From: Neocallimastix sp. 'constans'
Lineage: Eukaryota
DNA: 64,000 bases
Reading direction: 5' to 3'
NCBI GenBank assembly: GCA_050613775.1
Contig: JBODTK010000100.1
Coordinates: 496,001-560,000 of the forward strand
Numbering within the stretch: the stretch's first letter is position 1; each line of letters begins with the position of its first letter. Under the pieces are notes generated by a model. The model was not told the DNA's origin, did not search any database, and saw only the letters and a program-made list of their open reading frames with translations. The position numbers were made by a program, and so were the translations under genes. Below are positions 49,101 to 62,843 of this stretch, piece after piece.

Positions 49101-50108
49101 TAAAATGAATTAATTTAATTTAATTATTCCATTATAATTATAATTATTATTTTTTGTTATATTCATTAAATTATTTATAAAAAATATTTTATTCCTAAAA
49201 AGAAGAGTTATTGTAAGAAATTACTTATAAAATTAATTATAAATAATTTCTTAACTACAAATTAACATTAATTATTACTAATTAACATTAATTTGAGAAA
49301 ATAAAATTAAATATAATTAAATAAATATATAATAATATTAATAAATAATTATACTTAACTTAAATATAAGATAGAGTTTATTATAGAAAGTTTATAATAA
49401 ACAATAACACAAAAGGAATAAAAGACACAAATATTTATAAAATATGTTTTATTAAAAAGGGTTTTGTTTATTAATTAATTATTTTATTTGAATTATTATT
49501 TATTATAAAAATTCTAAAATAATAACTCTTGATTTCTCGAAGAGAACTCAAGAGAATCAAATATATATATATTTATAATTAAATATTATTGGTTAAAATA
49601 AATACAAAAATTTAATGTATTAGATTAATGTATTAAATAAGAAAGATAGATAAATTTTATAATAAATTTATCTAAATTTCTTACATTGCTCCCTTTACTT
49701 AATGAATTTATACAAATTCATTATTATAAAGAAAGTAGTAAGTTTAAAATAAAAATTATAATTAACCAAAAAAAATATAAAATTAAATAATTTATTGAAA
49801 GTTTTGCTAACCTTAACTTTTTAACATCTAGAGAAAAGATTAGCGGAAAAACTCTAGATGAATCAATATTAAGTAAAACCAATTAACTTGGGAAAACCTT
49901 AATATTGTTTTCTAACTAATATATAAATATAAGTGAATAAATAATTATAAATTAAATAAGATAAATATAATTATTAAGTGTATAAATAAATATAAAATTA
50001 AATAAAATGACTATATTATTAAATGAAGAAATAAATATTAAATTAAATAAATTATAATAACTAAGAAATGTAAATAAATTATTAATATATTTATTTGTAT
50101 TTCTTACA
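46196..50108. mobile_element. Rearranged family P complex: + LTR (46196 to about 47890), non-coding internal DNA, - LTR (49212-49685), partial LTR (about 49694-50108)
   Basis: Two inverted family P LTRs, each followed by an ATAACTCTT PBS; no coding sequence. Confidence 0.7.
46246..47466. mobile_element. Nested class 3 solo LTR (family Z)
   Basis: TGTCACGAA...TTAACA; TSD TTATT/TTATT; second copy at 55613. Confidence 0.88.
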
Positions 50109-50113
50109 TTTTG

Positions 50114-50948
50114 TGTAAAGAATTATAATTATTTTTCAAAATAATTATTATTTTTTATTAAAAAATTAATATTTAAAGTTTATTATTTTATAAAATTTTA
50201 TGAATAATTTTATTATGTCACATAGTAATTATTAATGAATGTTATTGTTTTAAAATTTATTTGCATTAAATTAAATTATCAATAATTAATATATTAAATT
50301 ATAGTAATGTATTATTGTATTAAAATAATGATAAATTCTATTTAATTAAGAAAAATTAAATTGTATTAAAATGATAATTTTATTTAATCAAGAAATAATT
50401 AAATTATATTATTTCTTGGACTTTTAATTAAGAAAATTAAAAGAATTAATTATTTAATTATACTTGTGATTAAATATTAATAAAATTAATATATAATTAG
50501 TTAATAAGTTTTCTCCCTTATTCGGGTTTTCTTATTAACTAAAGATTGATGTAATTAAACACCAATCGAGATCTATCTAGTTTTTTCTTCTAATCTTTTT
50601 CTAGATAGAGATAATTTTCCAAGATTAGAAATCAAATTAATATAAATAGGACTCTTGATTCTTCTAAAAATTATCAAGAGTTATTATTATAAGAAATTAT
50701 AATAATTAACACAAATATTTTAAAATTACTTTTAATAAAAAATTTTTATAATAAAATAATTTCTAAAATACTCTTAACCTACTTTTAGTGTTGTTTATTA
50801 AAATCTTATAATAAACTCTAAGTTTTAAAATTTTCGTTTTCAAATTTTTATATTATATTTTTTAATTTTATCTCAATTAATAATATTTTCTATTATTAAA
50901 AAGAATTAATTATTAATATAATTAAATATTTTTAATTAATTCTTTACA
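50114..50948 (+). mobile_element. Solo LTR family Q (self-priming class)
   Basis: TGTAAAGAATT...TTCTTTACA; TATAAATA...AAGAGTTATTAT; TTTTG/TTTTG. Confidence 0.85.
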
Positions 50949-51002
50949 TTTTGTGTAATAATTCTATTAAGAACTAACTCAAAATAGAATTATTAACTAC
51001 AT

Positions 51003-51658
51003 TGTTAAGATAATAACTGAATTTCAATTCAATTTCAATTTCGATAATTCAGTTATTTGAATTTCAATATTAATAAATAATAATAATATAATAATTATTA
51101 TTAAATTAACTTTATTAAAATATTTAGGAATTAGTCTAGGCCAACTAATTACTAAATATTATTAACATATTGAAATTAATATATATTAAATAATGTAAAC
51201 ACGTGATTGTCATTAAATTAATTTCTACATATTATATTTTAATTATAAAATATAATATTTAGCTATATTAGATTCTTATATTTTATTTATATTAAATATT
51301 TATATTATTATCTTATTTTATATTATCAATATCAAACTTTTATTAATGCTATTACATATTCATATTAATAATTAATATTTTAATAATTAATTATTTTATA
51401 TAAATACATGTTTAAATCTTTTGATTAATCCTTTGTAGGATTATTGTAATTTAAATTATAGTAATAATTATATAAAATAATAATGTAATAAAATATTATT
51501 ATGATTAAATAAAATTTATATTTTAGATAAAAACTTAATTATAAAATTTACTAATAACAATATGTTTTAAACAAGAGTAAATTTAAATTATTAATTAATT
51601 ACTATAATTTGGCATCTTGACCTAATCGTTAAGACCAAATTATCACAAAACTTTGACA
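51003..51658. mobile_element. Nested class 3 solo LTR (family Y)
   Basis: TGTTAAGATA...TTTGACA; TSD TACAT/TACAT. Confidence 0.88.
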
Positions 51659-51662
51659 TACA

Positions 51663-52372
51663 TATTGAAATTTTAACTGAATTGAAATCTCAATTTCAGT
51701 TATTTACATTTCAATAATTAAAAATATTATTTATTTAGTTATAAATAATATATATATTTAAATAATTAATAATTAATATAAATACTTGTTTAATATTTAA
51801 AGGGTTATATTAGGCCTAATAATTCTGAGAATATTAATAAATAAGGTTTATATTAATAATTAATTTCAATGATACATTTGACATCACTGTATTTTATTTA
51901 TATTATGTTTTTATATATGTTTACAACATATCTATATTAAATTCAATTATTCAAATTAATTATATAATTAAATTTATCCTTATATTTTATTATTATTTAT
52001 ATTACTATATTATTACTATCTTATAATTAAATATTATTATTATGTAACTTACAAAGTATAAAAGAAAGATGTAAAAATCTATCTTTTATGTTCTTTGTAA
52101 GGTTATTGTAAAATTACCTTAATAGTAATATATTATAGATATTTTATTATTAAATAAAATGAACAAATTTAAAATTAAATTAATTTGATAATTCTAATTA
52201 TCAAAGTTTATTATAAATAAATTTTTATTAAACTAAACATTTAAATATTTAATTATTATTATATATCTATATAGTATATTACTATATAGACATATCGACT
52301 TATTGAATATTTTTTAATAGAACATATTATTTTATTTAAATTTAAACTATAAATTATATCAAAATCTTAACA
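51663..52372. mobile_element. Nested class 3 solo LTR (family X)
   Basis: TATTGAAA (TG decayed)...CTTAACA; TSD CTACA/CTACA. Confidence 0.82.
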
Positions 52373-53217
52373 CTACAACTTAACGACTAATTCATTAAGT
52401 TGAGAAAATAAAATAAAATAAATTTTTTTTTTTTTTTTTTTACCAAAGGAGTTTATTATAAAATTAATTATAATAATAACACAAAAAGCAAAAGAATTGT
52501 TTGTATAAATTTGATTTTAAAAATATGATTTTTGAATAAAATATTTTATTAATTTATTAAAGTTAAAAATATAAAATTGTTACTATTATAACTATGTTTT
52601 TATAATAATAACTCTTGATTTCTCAAAGAGAATTCAAGAGCCTTATTTATATTTTTTTATGAAAATAAGGTTAAATAAGAAAGGGTTTTCTAATCTTAAC
52701 AAATCTCTTATCTAGGAAAAGATTAGATAGAAAAATCTAGATAAGTTTTCGATCGATATTCTATCCATATCGGTCATCGCATTAATTAAGTAAAACCGAT
52801 TACTTCTAAAAGTAATTGGGAAAAATCTTAATTAACCGATTTTTCAATCTAATCTAATGATCCAAAATAAAAGAATAAAATAATAAAAGATATTTCGAAC
52901 ATATAATTTATCCTTATATTAAAAATATAAAATTAAATAGTTAATAAAATACAGAATACATTATAAAATACAGAATACATTATAAAATACAGAATACAAT
53001 ACAATACAGAATACATTAGTTACAGTAGAGAATTTAACATATTGTAAATATATTATCTAAAATTAATTAAATATTTTGTTAAATTAATGAATATTTAAAA
53101 TTAAATTAAATAAATTTAATAAATATTATATGTAATTAAATAAAGTTATAGTTATAATAACTTAACTAAGAAAATATAATTATTTGTTAGCAAATAATTA
53201 TAGATTCTTACATTTTG

Positions 53218-54118
53218 TGTAATAATTCTATTAAGAACTAACACAAAATAGAATTATTGACTACAACTTAACGACTAATTCATTAAGTTGAGAAAATAAA
53301 ATAAAATAATTTTTTTTTTTTTTACCTTTAGAGTTTATTATAAAATTAATTATAATAATAACACGAGAAGTAAAAGAAGAATTATTTGTATAAATTTGAT
53401 TTTAAAAATATGTTTTTGAATAAAATATTTTATTAATTTATTAAAGTTAAAAATATAAAATTGTTACTATTATAACTATGTTTTTATAATAATAACTCTT
53501 GATTTCTCAGAGAGAATTCAAGAGCCTTATTTATATTTTTTTATGAAAATAAGGTTAAATAAGAAAGGGTTTTCTAATCTTAACAAATCTCTTATCTAGG
53601 AAAAGATTAGATAGAAAAATCTAGATAAGTTTTCGATCGATATTCTATCCATTTCGATCATCGCATTAATTAAGTAAAACCGATTACTTCTAAAAGTAAT
53701 TGGGAAAAATCTTAACCGATTTTTCAATCTAATCTAATGATCGAAAATAAAAGAATAAAATAATAAAGATATTTCGATCATATAATTTATCCTTATATTA
53801 AAAATATAAAATTAAATAGTTAATAAAATACAGAATACATTATAAAATACAGAATACATTATAAAATACAGAATACATTATAAAATACAGAATGCAATAC
53901 AATACAGAATACATTAGTTACAGTAGAGAATTTAACATATTGTAAATATATTATTTAAAATTAATTAAATAAATTTTGTTAAATTAATGAATATTTAAAA
54001 TTAAATTAAATAAATTTAATAAATATTATATGTAATTAAATAAAGTTATAGTTATAATAACTTAACTAAGAAAATATAATTATTTGTTAGCAAATAATTA
54101 TAATTATAGATTCTTACA
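53218..54118 (-). mobile_element. Solo LTR family B
   Basis: TTTTG/TTTTG flanks. Confidence 0.93.
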
Positions 54119-54121
54119 TTT

Positions 54122-54584
54122 TGATACGTAACCACTATAAATATGATATTTAGGTAGATTCTTTAGGTTAAAGAAATACTTAAATATTATTGGTCAGCAA
54201 TAATTTTATAACAATATATAATTTTATAATAATAATTATTAAACGGAGAATTCTTTTTTTATAAGTTTATACTTATGATAAATTAATTCACATAAATAGC
54301 TATTTTTATATTTTATTTTAGTATAGTTAAAAAGAGATATTATATATATTTGAGATAATTAATTATAATATTTATATAAGAGAGTAATAATAATAATTGA
54401 TGTAATAATTAATAATTAATAATAAATAAAGAGTACATTAAAAAGATATATTTATTACTTTATTTTGTATCATTGTATGTGTTATCTCTATTTAATATTA
54501 GAATATATTATTTTGTCATAATTCCTTATTGTCATTGCCCATAAATAAATATTAATTTAGATACATAAATAAAATATCGTATCA
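54122..54584 (+). mobile_element. Solo LTR family J
   Basis: Reverse complement of 5759-6222. Confidence 0.92.
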
Positions 54585-54589
54585 ATTTT

Positions 54590-55557
54590 TGGTAAAGAAT
54601 GAATTAATAACCTTTATTTTATTATTAATAATTCTTTACTAAATTGTACTTTCCTATATTCTTGATAACCTAAACTTAATAATAAAATTTAATTTATTTT
54701 GATATAAATTAATTTTAACTTGTAAATAATGTAAATCAATTTTAATTAATTACTTTATTGTTATATTATTAAATATATGTATATATTAAAATACAATTGT
54801 AAATATTAAAATTATACTTTTAAGATACTAAATTATTAAAATTATTAATTAAATAATATTATAAAAATTATTATAAACTATTAATATTATAAAATTATTA
54901 AAATTATTAAATATTATTATAAAAATTTATTTATTATAACTATTATATATTATTATAAAATTATTAAGATTATTAATTAAATTTATTATTAAAAATTATT
55001 ATTAAAAATTATTAATTATTATAAAAATTTATTATCTAAATATTATCAAATTTATTAATTAAATATTATAACAATTTTATTTTATTTTTGAAAAAAATTA
55101 CAAGTATTATTTAAAATAATTAAAGATTATTAAATTTATTATATTAATCTTTAAAAATAATTTATTTAACTTAAAAATATCAAAGAAAATAGTAAAAACT
55201 ATTTTCTATATATTTATTTTATAATTATTTTTAATTAAATTATATTTGAATATTATATTATCATATTTATAAAAATTAAAACAAAAATGAATTATTGATA
55301 TAAAATTAATTCAATAATTCTATAAAATTACTTAAATTATAAACAAATAATTATACTTTAAATTTATAAAAAAATATAAATATTGTAAATATTTCTTAAA
55401 AATTAAATGTATGTACTTCAAAAATAAATTTTAATATTAATAAATAATAAATAAATTTTAATAAAAAGAAATTTTTTATTAATTTAAAATCAAAGCAGGG
55501 TAATACCCGCCCCCCTGCTTGATTTTAAATCTATACGTGTTAACCCCGAGTCTACCA
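54590..55557 (+). mobile_element. Solo LTR family A
   Basis: Matches 2218-3226; TTTT/TTTT. Confidence 0.93.
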
Positions 55558-55561
55558 TTTT

Positions 55562-57594
55562 TGATAAAGAATGAACAAATAATCTCATTATTTTAGTTGG
55601 AATTGTATTTTCTGTCACGAAACTAGTGGATTTGAAGTTAAAATTCACTATTAGATCAATTGAAATTTAATTTAGTTATTGACAAAAAATTATTTTAATT
55701 CGATTTTAATTATAAAAATAAATATTAGAAACATTAAAGAATTAGAAACCAAAGGGTTTGGACTTATTTATTAAAGATAATTTAATTTAATTTAACCCTT
55801 AAGAATTTGATAAAAATAACATGAAGATAAAACAACGATAACTCAACAAATAATGGAAATATTATATTGATATTCCCGCTAAAATTATATTCATTGGAAA
55901 GTTACGGTCGAGAACTACAACATATGTTAAAATCAACCTTATTTGACAACTGGATAACGAGATATTGGACTTTAAAGATATTTAAATATAAAAATATAAT
56001 TTAATTATTTAAGATCCTAAATTATTAAGAAATTTATACTAGATAAATCTCTTAACTTGGAAATTATATTATTAATTTTTATTATTAATTAAAAATACAG
56101 AATTAGTTATTAGTAATACTTTTATAATATATTAAATAAGTTTTATAAGTTTTATATATTTTATTATTATATATTTTATTCAATTATTTCTAAAAGATTC
56201 TAAGGAATTCTTTATCATTCTAAAGATTTCCGAAAGAGAATTTTTAATTAGTTTTAATATTTTATTTTATTTTATTTTATATTTTATTATTAAATTAGTT
56301 TTATTATTAAATTGTTTTATGAATAAGTTATATAGTTATTTTATTAAAAGATTCTTATCAATATTATTTTATTATTATATTTTATATAGTTTATATACAT
56401 GTATGAATATATTAAGGTTAAAATGCATTAATTAATTATATTGTTAATTATTATTTTAGTTTAGTATAAAAAGGATTTGAAATTCCATATTTTGAATTCT
56501 TTGCAAGATTACTAACCTTTAACCTTTAATAATTTACTTCAAACTATTAACATAAAGTTAATAAATTAATTATAACAATAAATAAATTTTTATATTAATC
56601 TTAGTTAAAATTTATTATTAAAATATATATTAAATAAAGTTCTAATAAAACATAAATCTTAAATATTGAAATCTTAATTATAAAACTCTGTGTGTGTTAT
56701 TTATTATTTAAATTTAATTAATTGTTATAATTAATAAAAACATCTTGACCTGACCAATTTAACTTAAATTAGGAAAGATATAGCAAGAATCTTACCACCT
56801 ACCTCAAAAACCTTTACATTTTCTTACCTAACCACTCAAATAAATTATTTTATTCTTCAATACTTTGGAACTTTCCTATATTCTATGATTAAATTTTATT
56901 ATTAATATTTTATTATTAAATTTTTATATATTATTAATATCAAATTAAAGATGAAAAATTATTATTAATATTCAATTATTTTATTAATATTAATGTATTA
57001 TCAATATTACTTTATTATTAATATTAATTATATAGTTATATCAATATTATTAATATTTTATATTTTCTAAAATATATTATTTATTATAATTTCTAAAAAT
57101 CAATTCAATTAATTACTAAATTTTATATTGATAATTTAACATATTTTTTTGGTAATTTTTAATTACTAAAAACTTACTAAACCACACTTAAAAATTCTGT
57201 ATAAATTTTATATTTTTCTTTTATATATATTATTAATTTTAAATAATAATAAATATTTTATAATTAAATAATATATAACTATTATTTATTAGAAATAAAT
57301 AATAATTATATTAATAATTTAAAATCAATTTAAAACATTATTTTAGTAATTAGTTAGAAATATTTAGAAAATATTTTAGATAGGCTTAACAAATTTTAAA
57401 TGTAAAAAAAAATATAAATACATGTAATTCTAAAATAACTTTTTAAGAAGATAGGAATTAAAAAAACATTTTTTTTTAATTTTTTAATTTGAAATAATTT
57501 TAATAAAAATTATATAAAGCAAATATTTATTTATTTATTTAATTCATTGAAGTGTTAAAATATTATAATCCAAAAATTGTTACGAACCGTAACA
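55562..57594 (+). mobile_element. Solo LTR family R (TGATAAAGAATG...GAACCGTAACA) with nested insertion
   Basis: TTTT/TTTT flanks; relative at 62844. Confidence 0.85.
55613..56818. mobile_element. Nested class 3 solo LTR (family Z)
   Basis: TGTCACGAA...TTTACA; TSD TTTTC/TTTTC. Confidence 0.88.
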
Positions 57595-57598
57595 TTTT

Positions 57599-58413
57599 TG
57601 ATAAGAATGTACTAAATAATGCATTCTTAATTAAATCTACGATTTATTTTTAATACATTATGCGTACATTATTATTTTTGTACTTTAATAAATTTTTAAA
57701 TTCAAAGATTAAAAATTAAATCAAAAATTATATTAAACTTTATATTTTTATATTAAATCTTATATTAATAGTAATATTTTTATATATTTAAAACTTATAT
57801 TAGCAATATTAATAATAAATCTTACCTTTTTATTTTTATATTAATAATTAAAATTTGTATTAATAATATTTTTATATATTGATAATTAAAATTTTATATA
57901 TTATATTTTAACTTTTATTATAAAATTTTATATCGAAATGTTTTATTTTATATTGAAAAATATTTTATTTTATTAAAAACCATTATATTAGAATAGTATT
58001 TTTATTTTTATTTGAATGTTTTAACAGATTTTAATAATAATTATAGCCAATTAAATAAATTCTTATTAGTAATATTTTAGATAGATTATTAAAAAAAAAA
58101 AAAAAATGTTTTATTAATATAATAAATGTATTTTATCTATATTGTTATAATAAAATTATATATAATTGATTATAAAAATCAATTTAAATTAAATAGTTTT
58201 TATAAAAAAAAAAAAAAAAAAAAATAAAATGTAATTTAGTGGCAAGAACAACTTTTATGCCTTGAAAAAAAGTATAAATAGTTGTAAATTTTGCTACCAA
58301 TTATTAAAAACAATCAATCAATTAATAAAATAAATAAATAAAATAATAAATAAATAAACAAAATCTGTGTTTCTTTTACTTTTATTTTTATTTAATTCTC
58401 TAAAACCTTAACA
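57599..58413 (+). mobile_element. Solo LTR family S (TGATAAGAATG...ACCTTAACA)
   Basis: Class 1-like termini, TTTT/TTTT flanks; single copy in the window. Confidence 0.72.
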
Positions 58414-58419
58414 TTTTTG

Positions 58420-59231
58420 TGTAATAATTTCATTATAGTATTTATTATAACAAAATTATTAACTACAACCTGATACTAACATCAAGTTGAGAAAATAAGA
58501 AAACAATTAGAAAAAATAAAGAAAATTTTAACTTATCTTGACAAAGAAGAGTTTATTATAAACAAATATAATAAACAACACAAAATAAAAGAACACTTAT
58601 TGAAAATGTTGTAGATTTTATTTATTATTATTATATATTTATTTAATATTTGTTATATTTTGTTATATAATAATAACTCTTGATTTCTCAAAAATTTAGA
58701 GAAATCAATAGCTATTTATACGAAAAATTAAATAATAAAATTTTATAAATTTTATATAAAATAATAATTTAAAAGATTTTCTAATCTTAACAATTATCTT
58801 ATCTAGAAAAAGATTAGAAGAAAAAACTAGATAAGTTCTTTAAGGAAAAACCAATTTATTACAATTTATTATTATAATAAATTAGAAAAAACTTTAAAGT
58901 TCGATAAAATTAATTTATATTTTAATAAGAAAATAAAAAACTTTAAAGTCCGTTAATTCAAATTTAATTAAAAATAATAATTAAATAATTAATTCATTAC
59001 TATATAAATTAATAAAATTTATAATTAAATAAATTAAATAAAATAAATGTATATTAAATAAATTTAAAGAAAAAAATTTTTAATTAAATTAAAACTATAA
59101 TTAAATGTACGAATACATGTTAACTTGATAAATAATTACTAATTTAATGAATGAATGTATAAATTATATAATAGATAAATAATCAAATAAAGAAATTATA
59201 ATTATTTAACAAATAATTATAGTTTCTTACA
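58420..59231 (-). mobile_element. Solo LTR family T (self-priming class)
   Basis: ATAATAACTCTTG motif, conserved hairpins, TTTTG/TTTTG. Confidence 0.85.
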
Positions 59232-59234
59232 TTT

Positions 59235-60101
59235 TGATAAAGAATGAAGTAATAAATTGATTCTTATTAAAAACCTTTTAATATATGTTAAGATAATAAT
59301 TGAATTTCCATTTAATTCGATTTCAATTTCAATTTCAATAATTCAGTTATTTGAATTTCAATATTAATAATTAATAATATAATAATTATTATTAAAATAT
59401 TTAGGAAATAGTCTAGGCCAACTAATTACTAAATATTATTAACATATTGAAATTAATATATATTAAATAATGTAAACACGTGATTGTCATTAAATTAATT
59501 TCTACATATTATATTTTAATTATAAAAATATTTAGCAAATATTATATTCTTATATTTTATTTATATTAAATATTTATATTATTATCTTAGTTTATATTAT
59601 CAATATCAAACTTATATTAATACTATTACATATTCATATTAATAATTAGTATTTTGATAATTAATTATTTTATATAAATACATGTTTAAATCTTTTGATT
59701 AATCCTTTGTAGGATTATTGTAATTTAAATTATAGTAATAATTATATAAAATAATAATGTAATAAAATATTATTAAGATTAAATAAAATTTATATTTTAA
59801 ATAAAAACTTGATTATAAAATTTACTAATAACAATATGTTTTAAACAAGAGTAAATTTAAATTATTAAAAAATTACTATAATTTGGCATCTTGACCTAAT
59901 CGTTAAGACCAAATTATCTAAAAACTTTAACAATATAGTCAATGTGATTTTTAAAATATTAATAAATTTATGTATTCTTTACATTAATAATTTTACTATA
60001 TTATTTGATCTGAAAATTTAAGTTTATACATAAAATTTAATTTAAATTTATGTTCATTCCTTATAAAGGTAAATTAAATTTATGAGAGTCTATCAACAAC
60101 A
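59235..60101 (+). mobile_element. Truncated solo LTR family H with nested insertion
   Basis: Matches 17138 to about 17351 once the nested LTR is removed. Confidence 0.85.
59286..59932. mobile_element. Nested class 3 solo LTR (family Y)
   Basis: TGTTAAGATA...TTTAACA; TSD ATATA/ATATA. Confidence 0.88.
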
Positions 60102-60107
60102 TTTTTG

Positions 60108-61578
60108 TGTAATAATTCTATTAAGAACTAACTCAAAATAGAATTATTAACTATATGTCAAAGTTTTAAGATAATTTGGTCTTAACGATTAGGTCAAGAT
60201 GCCAAATTATAGTAATTAATTAATAATTTAATTTTACTCTTATTTTAAACATATTATTATTAGTAAATTTTATAAATAAGTTTTTATTTATAATATAAGT
60301 TTTATTCAATATTAATAATATTTTATTACATTATTATTTTATATAATTATTACTATAATTTAAATTACAATAATCCTACAAAGGATTAATCAAAAGATTT
60401 AAACATGTATTTATATAAAATAATTAATTATTAATATGAATATGTAATAGTATTAATATAAGTTTGATATTGATAATATAAAATAAGATAATAATATAAA
60501 TATTTAATATAAATAAAATATAAGAATATAATATTAGCTAAATATTATATTTTATAATTAAAATATAATATGTAGAAATTAATTTAATGACAATCACGTG
60601 TTTACATTATTTAATATATATTAATTTCAATATGTTAATAATATTTCGTAATTAGTTGGCCTAGACTAATTCCTAAATATTTTAATAAAGTTAATTTAAT
60701 AATAATTATTATATATTATTATTCATTAATATTGAAATTTAAATAACTGAATTATTGAAATTGAAATTGAATTGAAATTCAGTTATTATCTTAACACTAC
60801 AACTTAACGACTAATTCATTAAGTTGAGAAAATAAAATAAGATAAATTTTTTTACCTTTAGAGTTTATTATAAAATTAATTATAATAATAACACGAGAAG
60901 TAAGAGAAGAATTATTTGTATAAATTTGATTTTAAAATATGTTTTTTGAATAAAATATTTTATTAATTTATTAAAGTTAAAAATATAAAATTGTTACTAT
61001 TATAACTATGTTTTTATAATAATAACTCTTGATTTCTCAGAGAGAACTCAAGAGCCTTATTTATATTTTTTTATGAAAATAAGGTTAAATAAGAAAGGGT
61101 TTTCTAATCTTAAAAAATCTCTTATCTAGGAAAAGATTAGATAGAAAAACCTAGATAAGTTTTCGATCGATATTCTATCCATATCGGTCATCGCATTAAT
61201 TAAGTAAAACCGATTACTTCTAAAAGTAATTGGGAAAAATCTTAACCGATTTTTCAATCTAATCTAATGATCGAAAATAAAAGAATAAAATAATAAAGAT
61301 ATTTCGATCATATAATTTATCCTTATATAAAAAATATAAAATTAAATAGTTAATAAAATACAGAATACATTATAAAATACAGAATACATTAGTTACAGTA
61401 GAGAAATTAATATATTGTAAATATATTATTTAAAATTAAATAAATTTTGTTAAATTAATGAATATTTAAAAATAAATTTAATGAATAAATATTATATGTA
61501 ATTAAATAAAGTTATAGTTATAATAACTTAACTAAGAAAATATAATTATTTGTTAGCAAATAATTATAGATTCTTACA
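60108..61578 (-). mobile_element. Solo LTR family B with nested insertion
   Basis: TTTTG/TTTTG flanks. Confidence 0.9.
60156..60796. mobile_element. Nested class 3 solo LTR (family Y, inverted relative to 51003)
   Basis: TGTCAAAG...ATCTTAACA; TSD CTATA/CTACA. Confidence 0.88.
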
Positions 61579-61581
61579 TTT

Positions 61582-62166
61582 TGATACCTGACGTATAAAA
61601 ATATTATACTTTAATGAAATATTATAGTTAAATTTTATATAAAAATATTATTGGTCAATTAATAATTTATAATTATATATATTTTTAAAAAATTATTTAT
61701 TTAATAAGGGGATTCTTTGATTTATAATAAAATAATAAGAGAAATGTAGAATCCAAAAATTAGTTTATTAGAATAGAGATATAATTAATAATAATTAAAT
61801 ATATAAATATACTGGTGAAATGTATATTTAATATGTATATTTAAAAACTAGTTATGAATAGTTTATAATTGTAATAATATTAAATAATAATATTAAGAGT
61901 TTATAATTATATTTAATATAACATAATTTATAATAATTATATAATAATATAACATAATGTATAATAATTATATAATAAAATAAATAAAGAAGGAATAATA
62001 AAACAAATAATAAAATAAAACATTTTAGTATAAAATTATATTATTTTCGTGTCATTATATATTTATCAGAATATATTATTTTGTTATCATTCCCTACTGT
62101 TATACTGTCATTCCTAAATAAAAATAAAATATTTAGATACTGGTATTTTATAAATATCACGTATCA
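61582..62166 (+). mobile_element. Solo LTR family U (TGATACC...CGTATCA)
   Basis: Termini and 3' motifs related to family J. Confidence 0.8.
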
Positions 62167-62171
62167 TTTTT

Positions 62172-62839
62172 TGTAAGAATATAGATTTATTTCTTATAAA
62201 ATAATCTATCTTCTTATTTAATTAATTCATATTTCATTTATATTTCAATATTTATTAACATATAAAAAATATGTTAATTTATCCAAATTAATATATTGAA
62301 AAATAATGAAAACAAATTTGTTGTAATGTATTCATTACTTAAAAATATTATTTATATTTTATTATTTCAATTAGTTGATAATTTATAAGATTTTAGTAAT
62401 CGGTTAATTAATTTTTTCCCCAATATTATTATGATTGGGTTTTTATTAATTAATACGATGATTAATATATTAGAATATTAATCGAAGTTATTCAGGTTTT
62501 TCTACTAATCTTTTCCTGAATATCAATTTGTTAAGATTAGATACCTTTATTTCATTGCTAACTTTATCTTATCTATTTCATTTATTTAATAATTACATCT
62601 ATTTAATAATTTCATCTATTAAAATAATTATAAATAAAAAAGTATAAAACAACTCAAATTTCTTTGATTAAAGAAATTAGAGTTATTATTATATAATAAA
62701 TTAAAAGAAATAAAGTCTTTTTGTTTATATCTATATTTAGTGTTTATAATAAACTCTATATAAAGTTAAGTATAAATTTTTATATTTAAAAATATTAATA
62801 ATCTAGTTATAGTTAGTATATTATAAATAGATTATTACA
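62172..62839 (+). mobile_element. Solo LTR family F
   Basis: Inverted copy of 35300-35977; TTTTT/TTTTT. Confidence 0.9.
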
Positions 62840-62843
62840 TTTT

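Larger units (their letters stand above)
50954..53212 (-). mobile_element. Solo LTR family B with two nested class 3 LTRs
   Basis: TTTTG/TTTTG TSD; family B sequence resumes at 52373. Confidence 0.9.

Noticed and set aside
42208..60796. Class 3 inserts as MITEs or DNA transposons
   Set aside because: Terminal inverted repeats are only a few bp, and TG...CA ends with 5-bp TSDs fit solo LTRs better. This is not fully excluded without parent elements.
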